Source: Vitrella brassicaformis CCMP3155 (taxonomy: Eukaryota; Protista; Chromerida). From it: a DNA stretch of 64,000 bases. The stretch spans positions 20,723 through 84,722 of the forward strand of contig CDMY01000411.1 of assembly GCA_001179505.1 (NCBI GenBank), in the 5' to 3' direction. How positions within the stretch are numbered: the first letter of the stretch is position 1; the number at the start of each line of letters is the position of its first letter. Below the pieces are notes generated by a model. That model was not told where the DNA came from. It worked only from the letters and a program-made list of their open reading frames with translations, and searched no databases. A program made the position numbers and the translations under genes. This document shows positions 49,430 through 62,024 of the stretch, piece after piece.

Positions 49430-49879
49430 AAATATGACCTTCAGATTTCAATGAAGCTCCCAAACCATCGCCGGCTGGCCTTGCTGTTTCGGGGCTCTTC
49501 CCACTGGCAACGCTGTCAGCGGAGGCGTGGAAGGAAGGCCATCACCTGGAGGCCTATGTCGTGACTCTGGGCGGCCACACGCCGTCGTATGAGCTGAGGC
49601 TGATGCCTCTCGCCGGTCAGCTGGAAAGGAATGCCATCAAGGTCGTCCCTGTTGCCGTCTATCCTCGTCGGCGCTTTGGCAGGCAACATGAAGCCCCAGG
49701 GCAACGGCCGGAAGGGCCTCTGGTGCAACTCCCGGAAGACGACATGCAAATTCGAGTTGCCCGAGTACCGGTATTCACCCTGAGGTAAAATCAATTCGTT
49801 GTTTCCTCAGAGTCCCAGTTTTAGTAATTCGGTAAAACCGATGGTTTAAAAATTCTTTACGAGTAAGATTTCTTTACCA
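49430..49879 (-). pseudogene. Paralogue of the 45364 AP2-like gene, truncated by stops
   Basis: ATG|GTAAAG intron..CCTCAG|GEYRYSGNSNLHVVFRELHQRPFRPLPWGFMLP. DNA at ~49680-49783 resembles ~45205-45311. Downstream RCQWEEPRNSKASRRWF lies between in-frame TGA codons. Confidence 0.5.
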
Positions 49880-50227
49880 TCCCTACTAAGTCAGACCGTC
49901 ATGAAGGTGATGTGACTGTGGAAATACGGGCTGTTGGTTTTGGTTTCTTCACGTCACTAACTGGGCTGGGCTGTGTGTGTGTGTGTCTCTCTGTGTGTCT
50001 GTGTGCGTTGGTCTTTCTGTCTGTGCGCCGCGCTGTGTGTCCCTCCCTGATTTGCGTGTAGAGAGAGATACATGCAGCTGCGAGCAGCGGGTGGGTGGTG
50101 GCTGCGTTGATCGATTGCATCTGTGTGGACGTGCTGAGGAAGGTACCACAGACAGACAGACAGACAGATCACATTTCGTTTGCAGACTTCAAATTTACCA
50201 CTCGGCCAGAGTTACTGAGGGGTTCCA

Positions 50228-51465
50228 ATGGCTGGGGAACCAGCGGCGCCTATAGCTGGCTACATCGGCAGCGAAGCGGCATGTAACTGGAAGACCTTCG
50301 CGGTCCTGGCAGCGGCCGCTCTCTTTCTGTCCGCATCCCTCTCAGCCAACACACCATGGCCATTTCAAGGCCCATTGCTGTCGCTGCCACGCCATACCAT
50401 CAACCAGTCCATCAACCACAGCAGCAGCATCACAGCAGGACTGCACCTCAACGGCGACGAGCAGGTGGATGCCGCCATCCCACCAGCAGCATCAGCAGTG
50501 TCCAACGACTCGTCTGCTGCAGTGGATCAGGAGCTTGAAGCCTATGTGGTCACACTGGGCGGGCACATGCGTTCCTACGAGCGGCGTCTGGTGCCACTGG
50601 CCACTCAGCTGCACGCCAACAGTATCCCCATCATCCCCCTGACCGTCTACCCAAATATAGCTGCAGCCAAATTCTCTTTCTCTCTCAGCAGCTCTTTCTC
50701 TCTCGCCCTGGAGCTGGCCGTAGCGAATGACGCATTTTCAAGAGGAATGGTTCTCTTCATAGAGGATGATACTGGGCTCTATCCCTATCCAGAGGGAGAG
50801 TTCCGCGCGGAGCTCTTCAAGACAGTGAATGATTTGCCAGCGCAATGGCAAGTGTTACACTTGTGTAGCGGTAAAGACAGAGAGGCGTCAGACGACAAAC
50901 AAACAAGATGCTTCTCTCACGTTTCGTACGTTTGTGTGGTCATATAGGTTTTTTGTGGGGACATAAGAAGCACAAGAAACGTCACGGACCGAGAAGATAT
51001 AACGACCCCGACTTCCAGGTGCCGTAGAAAATTCACACAGGGTTATGTCTTTCGTGTCGGCTTCTGTAACAAACTTCGCAGTTCCGTGGCCGCTTAGACC
51101 CCAACGCTCCGCCGAAGATAGCTAAATACATCACCAATCAGGCCAAGCGAACCCCGCAACGGCGAGCATTTAGTGACTTTCCGTGCCCTCGAAGGGGATG
51201 TCCCAAGAAAACGTCCCCTGTGCCTGGCGGACCAGTTGCGTTTCTTGTGCGGTCTCGAGACATGGGGCGGGCACTTTTGAGCCATTTTCGAGACGAGATA
51301 CAAAGAATCACGCCAGCCCGGGTGAAAAAAGGGCGCAGACCCCGACCCGTCGACCATTTTCTGGCCACGTTGTTCGCAAAGAGGGCACATTTCTTCACTG
51401 CCGAGCCTCAGCTCTGCTGGCACAGGGCGACCGGGGGGAGCGTGAGAAGCAATGGGACTGTATGA
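50228..51465 (+). CDS. Type II membrane glycosyltransferase, GT25-like
   Basis: TM; EAYVVTL...R.RRL; VLFIEDD...FRAELFKTVNDLPAQWQVLHL; final exon PGGPVAFLVR...PVDHFL...FFTAEPQLCWH. Family assignment is tentative. Confidence 0.55.
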
Positions 51466-52794
51466 AGACGGCAGATAAGTCAGCTTAGGGACAGCGCGAC
51501 ACAGGTGAATTCCTTTGTCATTCGAAAGGCTATGTGTGTCGATCGGACAACAAATTTGCTGTGGTGCCACTGCAGGCGTCACGCCCACACAAGGACGCCA
51601 GAACCACAGACAGACAGACAGACAGACGCCGTCTATGAGTACAGTGGCGCGAAGGTAGACGAGATAGACGTGTACACGTCAGCGGTGCACGTTTGTGTTC
51701 TAGATGAGTTGTGCTGGGTTGGTTGTCAATGATACTACTCAGCCAGTACAAACGATGTGCATCTTCTCCACAAAAGCGTAATCCCAGCTTGACATACACA
51801 GTTTTTCTCACACTCGATTGACGTGAGGAGCTTGACGACGTCTTGTATTTGTCTGCGCCCTCTTATGGAGGTCGATGTCAGCCATTTCCCATTCAAATCA
51901 CTCGTGGCTCTCATCAAACTGAAGAACATTGTGTCTCAGAGACCACAGGCTCGAGACTCTACATTGGCGGCTGAAATGCCTGGTGTCCTGCTGTTTCTCA
52001 TTATTCGGGTTGATGATCTTGTTAAATCCTGGCAGTGCTTCGCCCTCAGACAACCAAGACCAAGACAACAAACACGTCGTGTTGCAACGTGTCTCTCATA
52101 CATATGAAAAAAAGGAGAAAAATATACAGACGCACTCCAAACACACGTAGTACACAGTCGACCTCTGGCGCACCGCGTCTCTGACAAGCAAGGCACACAA
52201 ACGTCTCTGACAAGCGAAAACGGGAGAAGCCGAGGCAGGTGCATGGCATTTGGACCCATCGCGAGCGAGAGCAGCCTGCCGCCAGCCCGACAGCAGAGAC
52301 AAAGAGCAGACCTGGGCAAGTACCTGGTGCCATCACAGGTGTTGTAGGGGTAAGCTTTTAGGTGATGGAGAGATCCAGCACCGAGCTCGCAGACCTGGGG
52401 TGGGGGCGTCGTGACTCCGTCTCAACTGTCCCCTTGGATCCGGAGACGACTGGTTGACGATTGGTTGACCGGCAGCCGCCCCCAAAGCTTCGCCTGTGCT
52501 TGTGCATCTCAGCCCGACTGAAAAACACAACACGCTTTACCTGCATCGACGAAGGCGAGCAAGAGCAGGATGGAGCCGCTCACGGTGGTCAACGTGTACG
52601 CATTTTGATTGTGTACAGGAATCAGTCACTGCGACGGCAGGAGTTTGTCACACACAGAGGAGACCGATCCGGAATAGGAATCTCCTGCACCTCGAGCTCT
52701 TGGGGGCGGTGCAATTTGCAGCTTGAGACTTGCTTGAGTCCCGGACCGAGTCCAATCAGGCAGCCACGCAACAGGAGGATACACGGAGAGCTCA

Positions 52795-54556
52795 ATGGAC
52801 CACGCGTTCTTCTTGTCCATCTTCTCCGTCTTCTCCCACGCTCGCGCGGGGTACTTTTTCGGTACGGCTCGAATTGGAATGACGGTCGTCTTCATTACGG
52901 CCGTGTCCACAACCATTCCAGGTGTTTTGAAGACAGCGGACAAACTCCTCATCTTTGTGGTTTTGGTACGGACCATCTGCCCACTGCTGCTGTTTCCTTT
53001 CCCATGACAAGTGCCGATTGATTTTCAGGCGGGGGCGCTTTTCGTAGTGTGGAAGCTCAGAGAGCGTATCCTCTTGTTTCTCACCGGCGACACACGCCTC
53101 AGGGTCGACATCTATGACTTCGTCCAGTGTCTTCTCTGTTGCGGTCAGTGTCATAGGTGTATGTGTACATGCTTACGTCAGTCAATTTCGCCGTCTCTCT
53201 TGTGTCCATTCCAGGGTGTGCTGGCAGATGCTGCCCTGCGATCGTTCCAGGAGCCAGCAGGGTCGTGCGGCTGAAGAGGGTGGAGTGCCGAAACTTCCCT
53301 GCTCACGTAAGCCGGCGACGTGAGACTGCGCGAATGCCGTAGACGATTATGTGTGCACCCGTCGTTCAGGACTGGATGGGGACGAGCGATCTGTTTCTCA
53401 AGGTCAGCCTGGGAACGAACGCAGAGCTTAGCACACGAGGTGGGCAAGATGCACGCCTGAGGGGCAACCGCATAGCCATCGCCTTTGTGCATGACACGCG
53501 CAGTGCGAGAGAAGAAAAGACACGTATGCATCTTCACCGAGCAGCTGTGAGATGTGCACACGGAGACAAACACGTAGCTGCGTCTCCTGTCTGACTGAGC
53601 GTCTCCCGTATGTCCGTGTATGTCCTGAAAAGCGAGGTCAACGTCAAGAACCCCTGCTGTGGACCGTGTACCAAGTGGTGCAATTGCGCCCAGAGGTATA
53701 GACGCGCACCGAAAAATGGATCCGAAGTTGGACTTATGCTTGATGAGGACAGCTGCGGCGACGAGGACTGCCGTGCCTACTGCTCTTGCGACCAGGAAAT
53801 GCACGTAAGCGACGCAGGGTGGGAAGGATGAAAGACAGGGCTGCTGATGGATGATTGTGACTTTGTCGACTTCGTGTGTTGATCAGATCATTCTGATGGT
53901 AAGTGCACCTGCACCAGCCATGAGAGAGGGCAGCAGGAGACTGCGGTGTGTGTTATCCTCTCACGCTCACAGGATCAGGATGTGGTAAGCTGCTAAGCAT
54001 CTTACCTGTTCGTGTATCCATCTCACCATCTGTGTCTGTGTCAGGCGTTCCACGACGAGGTCGACAGAGAAACATTCAGAGGCAGAAGTCGCCACCCATA
54101 TGTCAAGTGTCTCTCAGGTTGGCCGGGTCCTGTTCAACAGCAGCGAGATCCTTCGACTTGCCGCCAACAACGCATGGAGCGGCTGGCGTCCCATCCAGTC
54201 CAAGGTGACAGCCGCACCCCTTGTCCAAGTGCTTTCACCTCTGGTGGATGCATCTCCTATCCGTGTTTGCATGCAGGGCTTCATCAGGCAGGAGACAGCC
54301 GGCGAGATGAATGTCCTGTTCGAGTTCGTACCCTACAGTGAAGGCGAGGAGATGCTGTCGCCGAAGGGAGACGGGGCCGGCAAGGGGCTCCTCGGCGACG
54401 AATTGAAGGCACCCGGTAAGCGAGAGACAGACATAAAGCCAATTAGGAGTAGCAGTGTCGGTGTCTTGTGTGTGACCCTATTGTGCAGACGCCCAAGTGA
54501 TGAGCACCACTGCCGGATCGCCCGCCTTCTCAGGAGGCGGATACAGCCCTGTCTGA
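52795..54556 (+). CDS. Membrane-anchored C2-domain protein with Cys-rich motifs, multi-exon
   Basis: KLLIFVVL|AGALFVVWKLRERILLFLTGD..CLLCCGQCH|..RVVRLKRVECRNFP|DWMGTSDLFLKVSLGTNAELSTR|..VGRVLFNSSEIL..|..AGEMNVLFEF: C2 beta-strand pattern after a TM. Confidence 0.6.
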
Positions 54557-56114
54557 GCACCAACAAAAGTCAATGCTTGAGGACAACACACAGGGAGAGA
54601 GGGTGCATGGTACCTGAATTACTTTAGTGGACAGAACGCGCATACGTGCACGGGGCTCAAGACGTATGCACTGTCATCTCCCTTGAGCCCCGTGCACGCG
54701 TTGTCTCCAAAGCAAGTGAGAGAGACACAGCTTACGAAAAGTCATTCAACAACTCAGTCACTCAAACTAGGACCAGTCGGCCAGTGGGCTTTGTCCTTTC
54801 CCCCTACCTCCTGCCCTCGTCCGGCTGAACCAGGCTGCATGGCCTCCGCAGCTCTCCTCCCTAGCCCACTCCCTCTGCCTCAGGCACCGTGGATTAATTC
54901 AGACAGAAGACACGTCTTTCATGACAAAGTGACCATGACAGTGTGACCACGTCTTTCATGACAACCCGAGTGATTCATGGGTGGTGGCGGAGGTTTGGGC
55001 ACACAGACACACAGAGAGCGATAGAGAGAGAGAAAAAGAGAGAAATGTGCGTGAGTGACGAGAGAAGAGTATTCAATGAACTGCATTCAGGCCCCGGCAT
55101 TTTTTGTTTCTTTTGGTATGGTGTTTATTCCTACTGGCCGTCGACTGAAGTCATTGACACAGTGTCACAAGAGACAGTGTACACAAGGGACAGGTCGGAC
55201 TAGCTCCTCATCTTCGTCAGACACTGCTTCTCTATATACATTCGCCGGCTTTGCCAGAGGCATCTCCCCCGCCCCTCCCTCCCCCCAATCACCCCCCCTC
55301 CCCGTTCGCTGCTCCACATTTATCCAGAGAGCCGGTCCCTTCGCTTTGTCGGCTCCCCTTCACTCGTGCGCAGCACGACAGAGAAATGGTATCTACAACA
55401 GGAACTGCGTGATCACGACCACCAAGACCACAGCAACCGTCGCTACGGCCAGCACCCCGCAGATGTATCTGGCATACGCAACAGACCACACACACACACA
55501 CTGTGGTGCTGACGAGCGACGGTATCAGCAGCTAAGAGTCACCTCGCATATCAGAGCGTTTCTCGCCAGCAGCATCTCCAGCTGGCCACAAAATACAAAA
55601 TGAACAACGACAGTGAGGTGGGTGCTCGGCGAATCTCATCAACAGAGAGCGACCTGCATCTCGTGTCGTCGGTTGTGTCCTCATCACGGCTCAGCGCGGG
55701 GTCGTCGCTCCTCATGAGAACCGAACGAGCAGACGGCGAACCCATCGATCACCTGCAAATCTCAGACTTGACTGGGCAGGCGGCCTGACATGCACGTGAC
55801 AAGCGGAACGCCATAAATCCATCTTGGTGTGCGGGAAATGAAATGCACTCACAGATCCGTCGTTGCTTGGGACGTTAGGCGACCAACTGCGCAAGCTACG
55901 GCGCTACTTGCTCTGTCGGACGAACGAACGAAGAGCGATCGCCCCTGCGAGCTCAAATCCGACACAGAGAGGGGCGGCTCCACCGCTTGGCGCCACCTTC
56001 CCGATCCGAACTGAGATCTGAATTGCCCGTGGCCTCGACTGCCAGATCTAGGTGTTCATCATGGCTGACAGCCGTCGTCGGCGTTCGAGTGGTGGCGAGT
56101 CGAGAGGCGAGTGG

Positions 56115-59100
56115 ATGGACAGATACGACACGGGAGATGACTTTGATTACTATGACATCCTGCGGGTCCCCAGAAGCGTACGTGGCCAGACAGCAACAAT
56201 CGAAGTGACCCACCCCATTCGCTTATGACCTCTCTTTGTGTGCGTGGCTCCTCTCCCCAACCATGTCATCTACGGTAAATGCAGGCTTCGCAGGACGAGA
56301 TCAAGCGTGAGTACCGCGAGCTCAGCCGCGTGTACCACCCCGACAAGGCCCTCCTCCAGTCGGCCTCGTCCAGCAGCGACTCCGTGGGGACCACCCCAGC
56401 CGTGCAACAGCTGCAGTACAGCGCCAGTGGGTACCTGACTGTGCAGGACACTGTGCAGGACCAGGACGACAGGCGGGGCAGCAAGACCTCATCCGCCTTC
56501 CTCAAGCTCAACAGGGCCTACAGAGTCCTCAGCGACCCGCTACTCAGGCAGTTCTATGGTGCGGACGGCCTTCTTGAGCTGACTCACACATTGCTGCGCC
56601 CACACGTGTCCCTGTGCGTACTTGTGGTTGGTCAGATCGGTATGGTGCAGTTGGCGTCAAGCTGGTGGAGGAGGCCAAAGACGAGCTGCGGGCAGAAGAG
56701 GAGGAGCAGCTGCACGAGGAGGGAGGCGAGCATGACGAGCATCACCACGACACGTCCTCACCCCTTCTCGACACGCAACAAGTGCCCGATGCCGAGATCG
56801 ACGAGTGGTCGGCTGCCTATGCGCGTCGTGACTCGTCGTCGCTGGTGCGTGCGTCCAATCCGATGCACGAGTTCGAGAAGCGGGTCAACCGTCTGATGCG
56901 CAAACACGAGGAGCTATCTGCGCTGCGGCTGATGAACCTTGCGGGGCACTTTACCCTCGCCACGCTGACGGAACTCTTTGACCCAACAGCCAACTTCCTC
57001 TTCAGGCGGAAGTGGAAGCTGCAATTTGCTGCAAGTGAGAGAGGGAAACCAAAAAGACAGTGAATGGGCACAGGGGTGTATGAGTCTCTGTGTGGTCGGC
57101 TCAGTGGGTCAGAGTGTTCAGTTTAACTTGGGTGCGCACACCCTGGTGCTTGCATGTGCGGCACACATACAGAGCACCACTGCTGGTATGCATACACGTC
57201 CACGAGGAGGGACGCATCCACACACAAGATGCAATCACCCAAGATGGATCACACGTGGGCGTGGTCGTTGCTGGCTTCGTGCAGGTGTGGCTCGTTTCAG
57301 TGGCTTGTGGTCGGTGCCGCTCGGCAGTGACATGGACTTGAGGGTGTCGTTGGCCACTTCGGTACCAGACGGACAGCAAGCACTTGAAAGGCCAATCTGT
57401 TCGTTCGTTTATGTGTGCGTGCATGCCCGGTTGTGTCCAGGGTACGTCCTTGATTCAGACGATAGACGCATCTTTGTCGCGCAAACTTGATGACAACCTC
57501 ACTCTGTCGCAGAAGGCAGGCGCTCACACAATCGCACCAACAACCGAGCAATTGGCAGTAGTCTGGTGCTAATTTGCGAATGCAGGTGAGTGTGAACCGG
57601 AGAGGTCAGCTGTCGACCACCCTGGCGATGGCCCAGTCGATGGGCGAAGGACTAGACGGCATCCTCTCGTGGAAGTACGCAGACGCCTCAACACTGCACA
57701 AGGACGGGACCTGTGTGGCACATTCCTGAATGCGTGTTTTGTCAGAATCGGCGAGGGTCACGGGGTGTCTGCTCGATGGCTGTGGACCAAAGACAAACTC
57801 TCCCTCAGGACCGACGTATCTGTAAGCATATGTACCTTGGTTGTTGCACGGTAGATGGGCTCTACCTTCTCTGCGATGGATCCTTCACTCAGGTGAGCGA
57901 AGACGACGTGTCGGTGAGCGGCAAAGCCAAGTACGACATCGATGAGAGCGCATCGGTGGCCCTCATGCCCCAGCTGTCCATCTCACAAGGCATCTCCACT
58001 GAGGTCAACCTACAGCCGTCGTGCACTCACAAATGCACGCAAGCGGAGCCTGTTGATTCTCGTTCTCATTTCCTTGTGGGTGTCGGTTTCCCTTTCGTTG
58101 TATTAGTGTGTGGTGTCATTTCGGCCTTCCTTTGTCGATGAATTGACCAAGATGCAGTACGGCGTACTGTGGAGGCCAAACGCCTTCTCACTCAAATTCA
58201 GGTACGGAGAGGTGTGTTGACCGTGATGATTGGTGCGGACTCGCTGTTTTGGTCACATGAATGCAGGATCGTGCGTGCCGGGATGAGCTTCACCTTCCCA
58301 ATACAGGTGTGTTAGCCGTGTCCACGACCTATCTATGTGAGGGCGTATATTCCTTTCTGTCTGCCTGCCTGCCTGCCTGCAGCTGTTTCAGTCATCTGAG
58401 CTGGATCTTCTGCAGCTGCAGCTGGTGGGCTATTTCCTCCTCCTGGGTGCCATCCCGCCCGCCGCCTACCTCACCATCAAGCATGCTCACAAATGTGCGT
58501 AGGAGACCGTAGACGACAAGGGAAGACGATCCATTCGCTTATTCATCGCGTGTTTCGTCGTGTCCACAGATGCGAAAAAGAAGAGAGTTGGCCGTCACCT
58601 CACTGAGGCGCTGGCCAATCTCCGTGTAGCCTTAGGCGAGCTCCGGAGCCGCGCCTACAGAAGTCTCGTGCGGGACCCGCTGAGGCCCGCCCAGCATCAG
58701 CAGTCGTCTATCACCGCTGGCATCCGAGAGGCCTTCGGTGCCTTCATGGCGGCAGTGTCCAGCGCTCTCAAAGACGAGGAGTTAGCTGACGGTGCGAAGG
58801 TCGTCTCCCAGATGGATGGAGATGCGACGACGGTGCCGGATGAGAGTCGGCTGAGCGAGGCGACCAAGCAGGAGCTGCAGCGAGCAAGGGACGACCGCAG
58901 CCTCCAGTACAGGGTGCGGTGCCATGTGTCCATGGATGTACGTATGTGAGAGTGTCATCTGTGTATGGGTGTCTGGGTGGGTGGTTGCAGGCGAGCGAGG
59001 AGTCTCGCGACCGAGAGCGGTCTCGTTCGGGTCTGGTGATCGAGGCGGGGCGGTACGGCCACCCGAAGCTGCTGCGGCAGGACCCCCCATCCTCCCTGTT

Positions 59101-59467
59101 CATTGTCGATGTCACCGTCCCTCTCATGCACCAGGTCACCCACACGTACAGGGATGGATTCAGCCATGCAGAGGAGGGATTGCGGTTTGCCCTCGTGTCT
59201 GCCTGTGTTCTTACAGGTGCGTGAGAGCCGGCTGGAGTTGTCATGCGCGCCCAAGGCGCAGCTGGTGGGCTTTGCGAACCCATGTGCTGACCTCAATGGC
59301 GTGCAGCCTCAGCTCTACATCAGGCAAGCGAGCAAAGCAACGAAGCCATGACGGACAGGTGACAGACGTGTTGTGTGTGCGGATGGCACGTCGGGTGCAG
59401 GTATCGATATGGCGGTCAGGTGTTCCATCGTGTTTTCCTGGACAGAGATGGAGTGCTGCTGCCGTAG
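56115..59467 (+). CDS. DNAJC11: DnaJ homolog subfamily C member 11-like (J domain + C-terminal DUF3395-type domain)
   Basis: DYYDILRVPRS|ASQDEIKREYRELSRVYHPDK...FLKLNRAYRVLSDPLLRQFY|DRYG; C-terminus GLVIEAGRYG...IVDVTVPLMHQ|VRESRLEL..KAQLVGFANPC...LYIR|YRYGGQVFH. Confidence 0.85.
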
Positions 59468-59809
59468 ACACGCAGATGGGGATGCACACAGGTTGCGTTG
59501 TCTTGTGGGTCAGCGCCAAGCGTGTCAAGGACGCTATTTGTTGTGATGGAAGCACATCGAGACGCGTGTGTGCGGCACAGATGTGGAGAGATCCGATGAA
59601 GGAAGGCATTTCATACTTTATACATACATCACATACATGCATTCGAAGCTACACACATCTGTCCTTCACGGGGCCTCCAATCGACAATCGCGCGCTCACA
59701 CAAAAAGTCACAACACCATCAGCGGCACGACAATGCAGCACTTTCTGTCCACCTGCCCATAGCCGTCTGTTATCTGGCACAACAGGTCACCCATCCTTTC
59801 ACCCATCAT

Positions 59810-61538
59810 TCATTTCACCACACGCTTGGGCGGTGGATCAGGGAAGAGTTGATGGAAGGCCGACCCCTCGTGTGTCTGTCTACACCGGTCCGCCTCCACA
59901 CTGTCCGCTTTCCCCTCCCCGTCTCGCTTTTCGGTCATGCCATACTTGAGCACGCCCCAGGTGACGAGCTGTACCAGGTAGAATATCGGCAGCCTCTGTA
60001 ATGGGGGGTAGGGGAAGGGCCTCGGGGTCGCCGTGATGGACAGCAGGATGCACACGGGGAAAATGAGGGCGAACACGCCGCTGTCGATGAACCGAGGCGA
60101 CATGACGTAGAGCAGCGTCAGGGGCATCCCGAAGCCCGCGAAGTACAGCCAGTGGCTCTCAAAGTACTCGAGGCGCTCACAGGCCGACCACTTGAGGACG
60201 GAGACCCACCTGTACTCGAAGCAGTACATGCTGGCCAACCAGCTGCTCTGAAGGGCGTAGACGACCACCCCCAGGTAACCCGGCACTATGCACCACAGGA
60301 CGTACGTCTGCATGATCCACACCATGTTGAGCAGCACCCGGAACACCTCATCCACCAGGCGATCCAAAAACCTCACACGAGAACTGTGGGCTGGGGGCGT
60401 AGACGGGTGGGGGACCGGCGAGCGGTCAAGTGGTGACGACTGGGACGGCGGGTGGGGGGAGGGGCCGGATGGTGAAGGGGCAGCTTTTCTTTTCCTCGCA
60501 CCTGCACATGTCGACGTGAATGCATCAGTGGGCAATTGGTGTGCGTCAGTCGCCCCTCACTGCCCATCCGCATCTGTCTCACTGACTCACCATGGTCAGG
60601 TATCGCCCCCCTGTCAGTGGCGTTGTGCTGTGATGGGAAGAGGTGGGGGTACTTTTGGCACACGATGAAGGCCTGGTCGGCCAGGTCCTGGTACCAGAGA
60701 GTGTTGAGGATGAAACTCAAATAGTAGATAGGGTAGATCCACAGCACTCGGTACAGACACCCGAACCAAAACCCCACCGCCTTGACAATCTCCCTCGTGT
60801 CCACGGTGCTATTATTGCCGTGTGGCATAGTCGATGCATTGAAGGCCAGCTGTTCGGCCAGTGACGCGTTGCCTCCGCCACCACCCAGAGTGTCGTTGGT
60901 CTGCAGCTTGTACAGGTGCTGCGCCAAGTGGTCTGTCAGCGTAGCGTTGGTGCTGGCCTGCTGCAGAGAGGTGGCAATCGCCGACGGGTCCCCACTGGAG
61001 AGGGAGAAGGAGGACAGCAGGGGGATCATCGATATGGACACACTCAGCGCCGTGTGCGTCGGCCCCGCTGTGGCCAGGTGAGAGAAACCCATCAGACACG
61101 AATACGTGTAGTGGGCCTGCAGATCCACACACGCAGTATACCAGCCCATCGTGTGTATGTCCGCCGCTCCCTCCGTGCGCGGCTGACCATGAGGTAGAAG
61201 AGCGGCAGTATGAGGTGGTCGAAGATGAGAATGGATCCGAGGAAGATGAGGCCGTTCATTATGAAGCACTGCAGGCACCTCGTCCTTATGATCTCAGACT
61301 TGACGAAAAACACTACGCACCGGTGGACCTGCAGGGCGTCCAACACGCCACACAGGAAGCAGTGCAGCGCCGTCACCACAGCCTTGGAGTAGTACACAAG
61401 CGCCTCCCTCCTCCCGCTCCCAGGATACTCCTGCCGCTGGTCGGTGGGTGAGTTGGGGGTCGGCAGGGCGTCGCTGGGTCGTGGATCTTGCTCTCTCCGC
61501 CGTTGCCGCACGACGGACGACGGATCAGACCCGAGCAT
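59810..61538 (-). CDS. EI24: Etoposide-induced protein 2.4 (EI24)-like multi-pass membrane protein
   Basis: RTRCLQCFIMNGLIFLGSIL; LWIYPIYYLSFILNTLWYQDLADQAF; DEVFRVLL; SWLASMYCFEYRW...RLEYFESHWLYFAGFGMP...GVFALIFPVCIL...LQRLPIF. Confidence 0.9.
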
Positions 61539-62024
61539 AGCAAAGCGAGGGCGTAGCCAGCTGCAGCTTTCTTTTGCCTCCTGACGAGGCAATGGCCCCT
61601 TCTTTTGAAGCTCAGATCTTCGAAGTGTAGCTCGCAGATTGATCCGTGAAACCGCTGCCTTTCTCCCAAGCAACAATGAGAACGTGAGAAAAGAAGTGCA
61701 AGAGTGTGAATCCCGGATGGGCTTTTAACTTGTACAACGACACGGAGATTAATGCACTTCCTTGTACAACGACACTTTCTTGCTGTGAAGAAAGAAGTGC
61801 GACTTCATCGGGAGGGCAACGTAACAATCGGTGGGGGCAACAACATCTGTGTCTAACAAGGCAAATCGAGCGGCCGGAAGAAGGCCGGTCATGTGGAATA
61901 TCAAGCTGATTGATTGTGGAGATCAGGTCGGGCATGTCAGCACACAAAGGACTTTTTCTTTGTCCTTTCACTTGAATGTGACCTCGTCGGGAGACACTGG
62001 AATATTAGTAAGGCTTTCAGGGGA

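Noticed and set aside
51500-52340. Cys-rich small minus-strand ORFs
   Set aside because: Frames are inconsistent and the composition is driven by TG/GTCT microsatellites.
55953-56213. MGHFDCCC... putative acylated protein ORF
   Set aside because: Antisense to the first exon and intron of DNAJC11; no consistent minus-strand gene model could be built.
58924-61278. Long ORFs 58924-59949(+) and 60373-61278(-)
   Set aside because: Read-through of introns or antisense of DNAJC11/EI24 exons, not independent genes.
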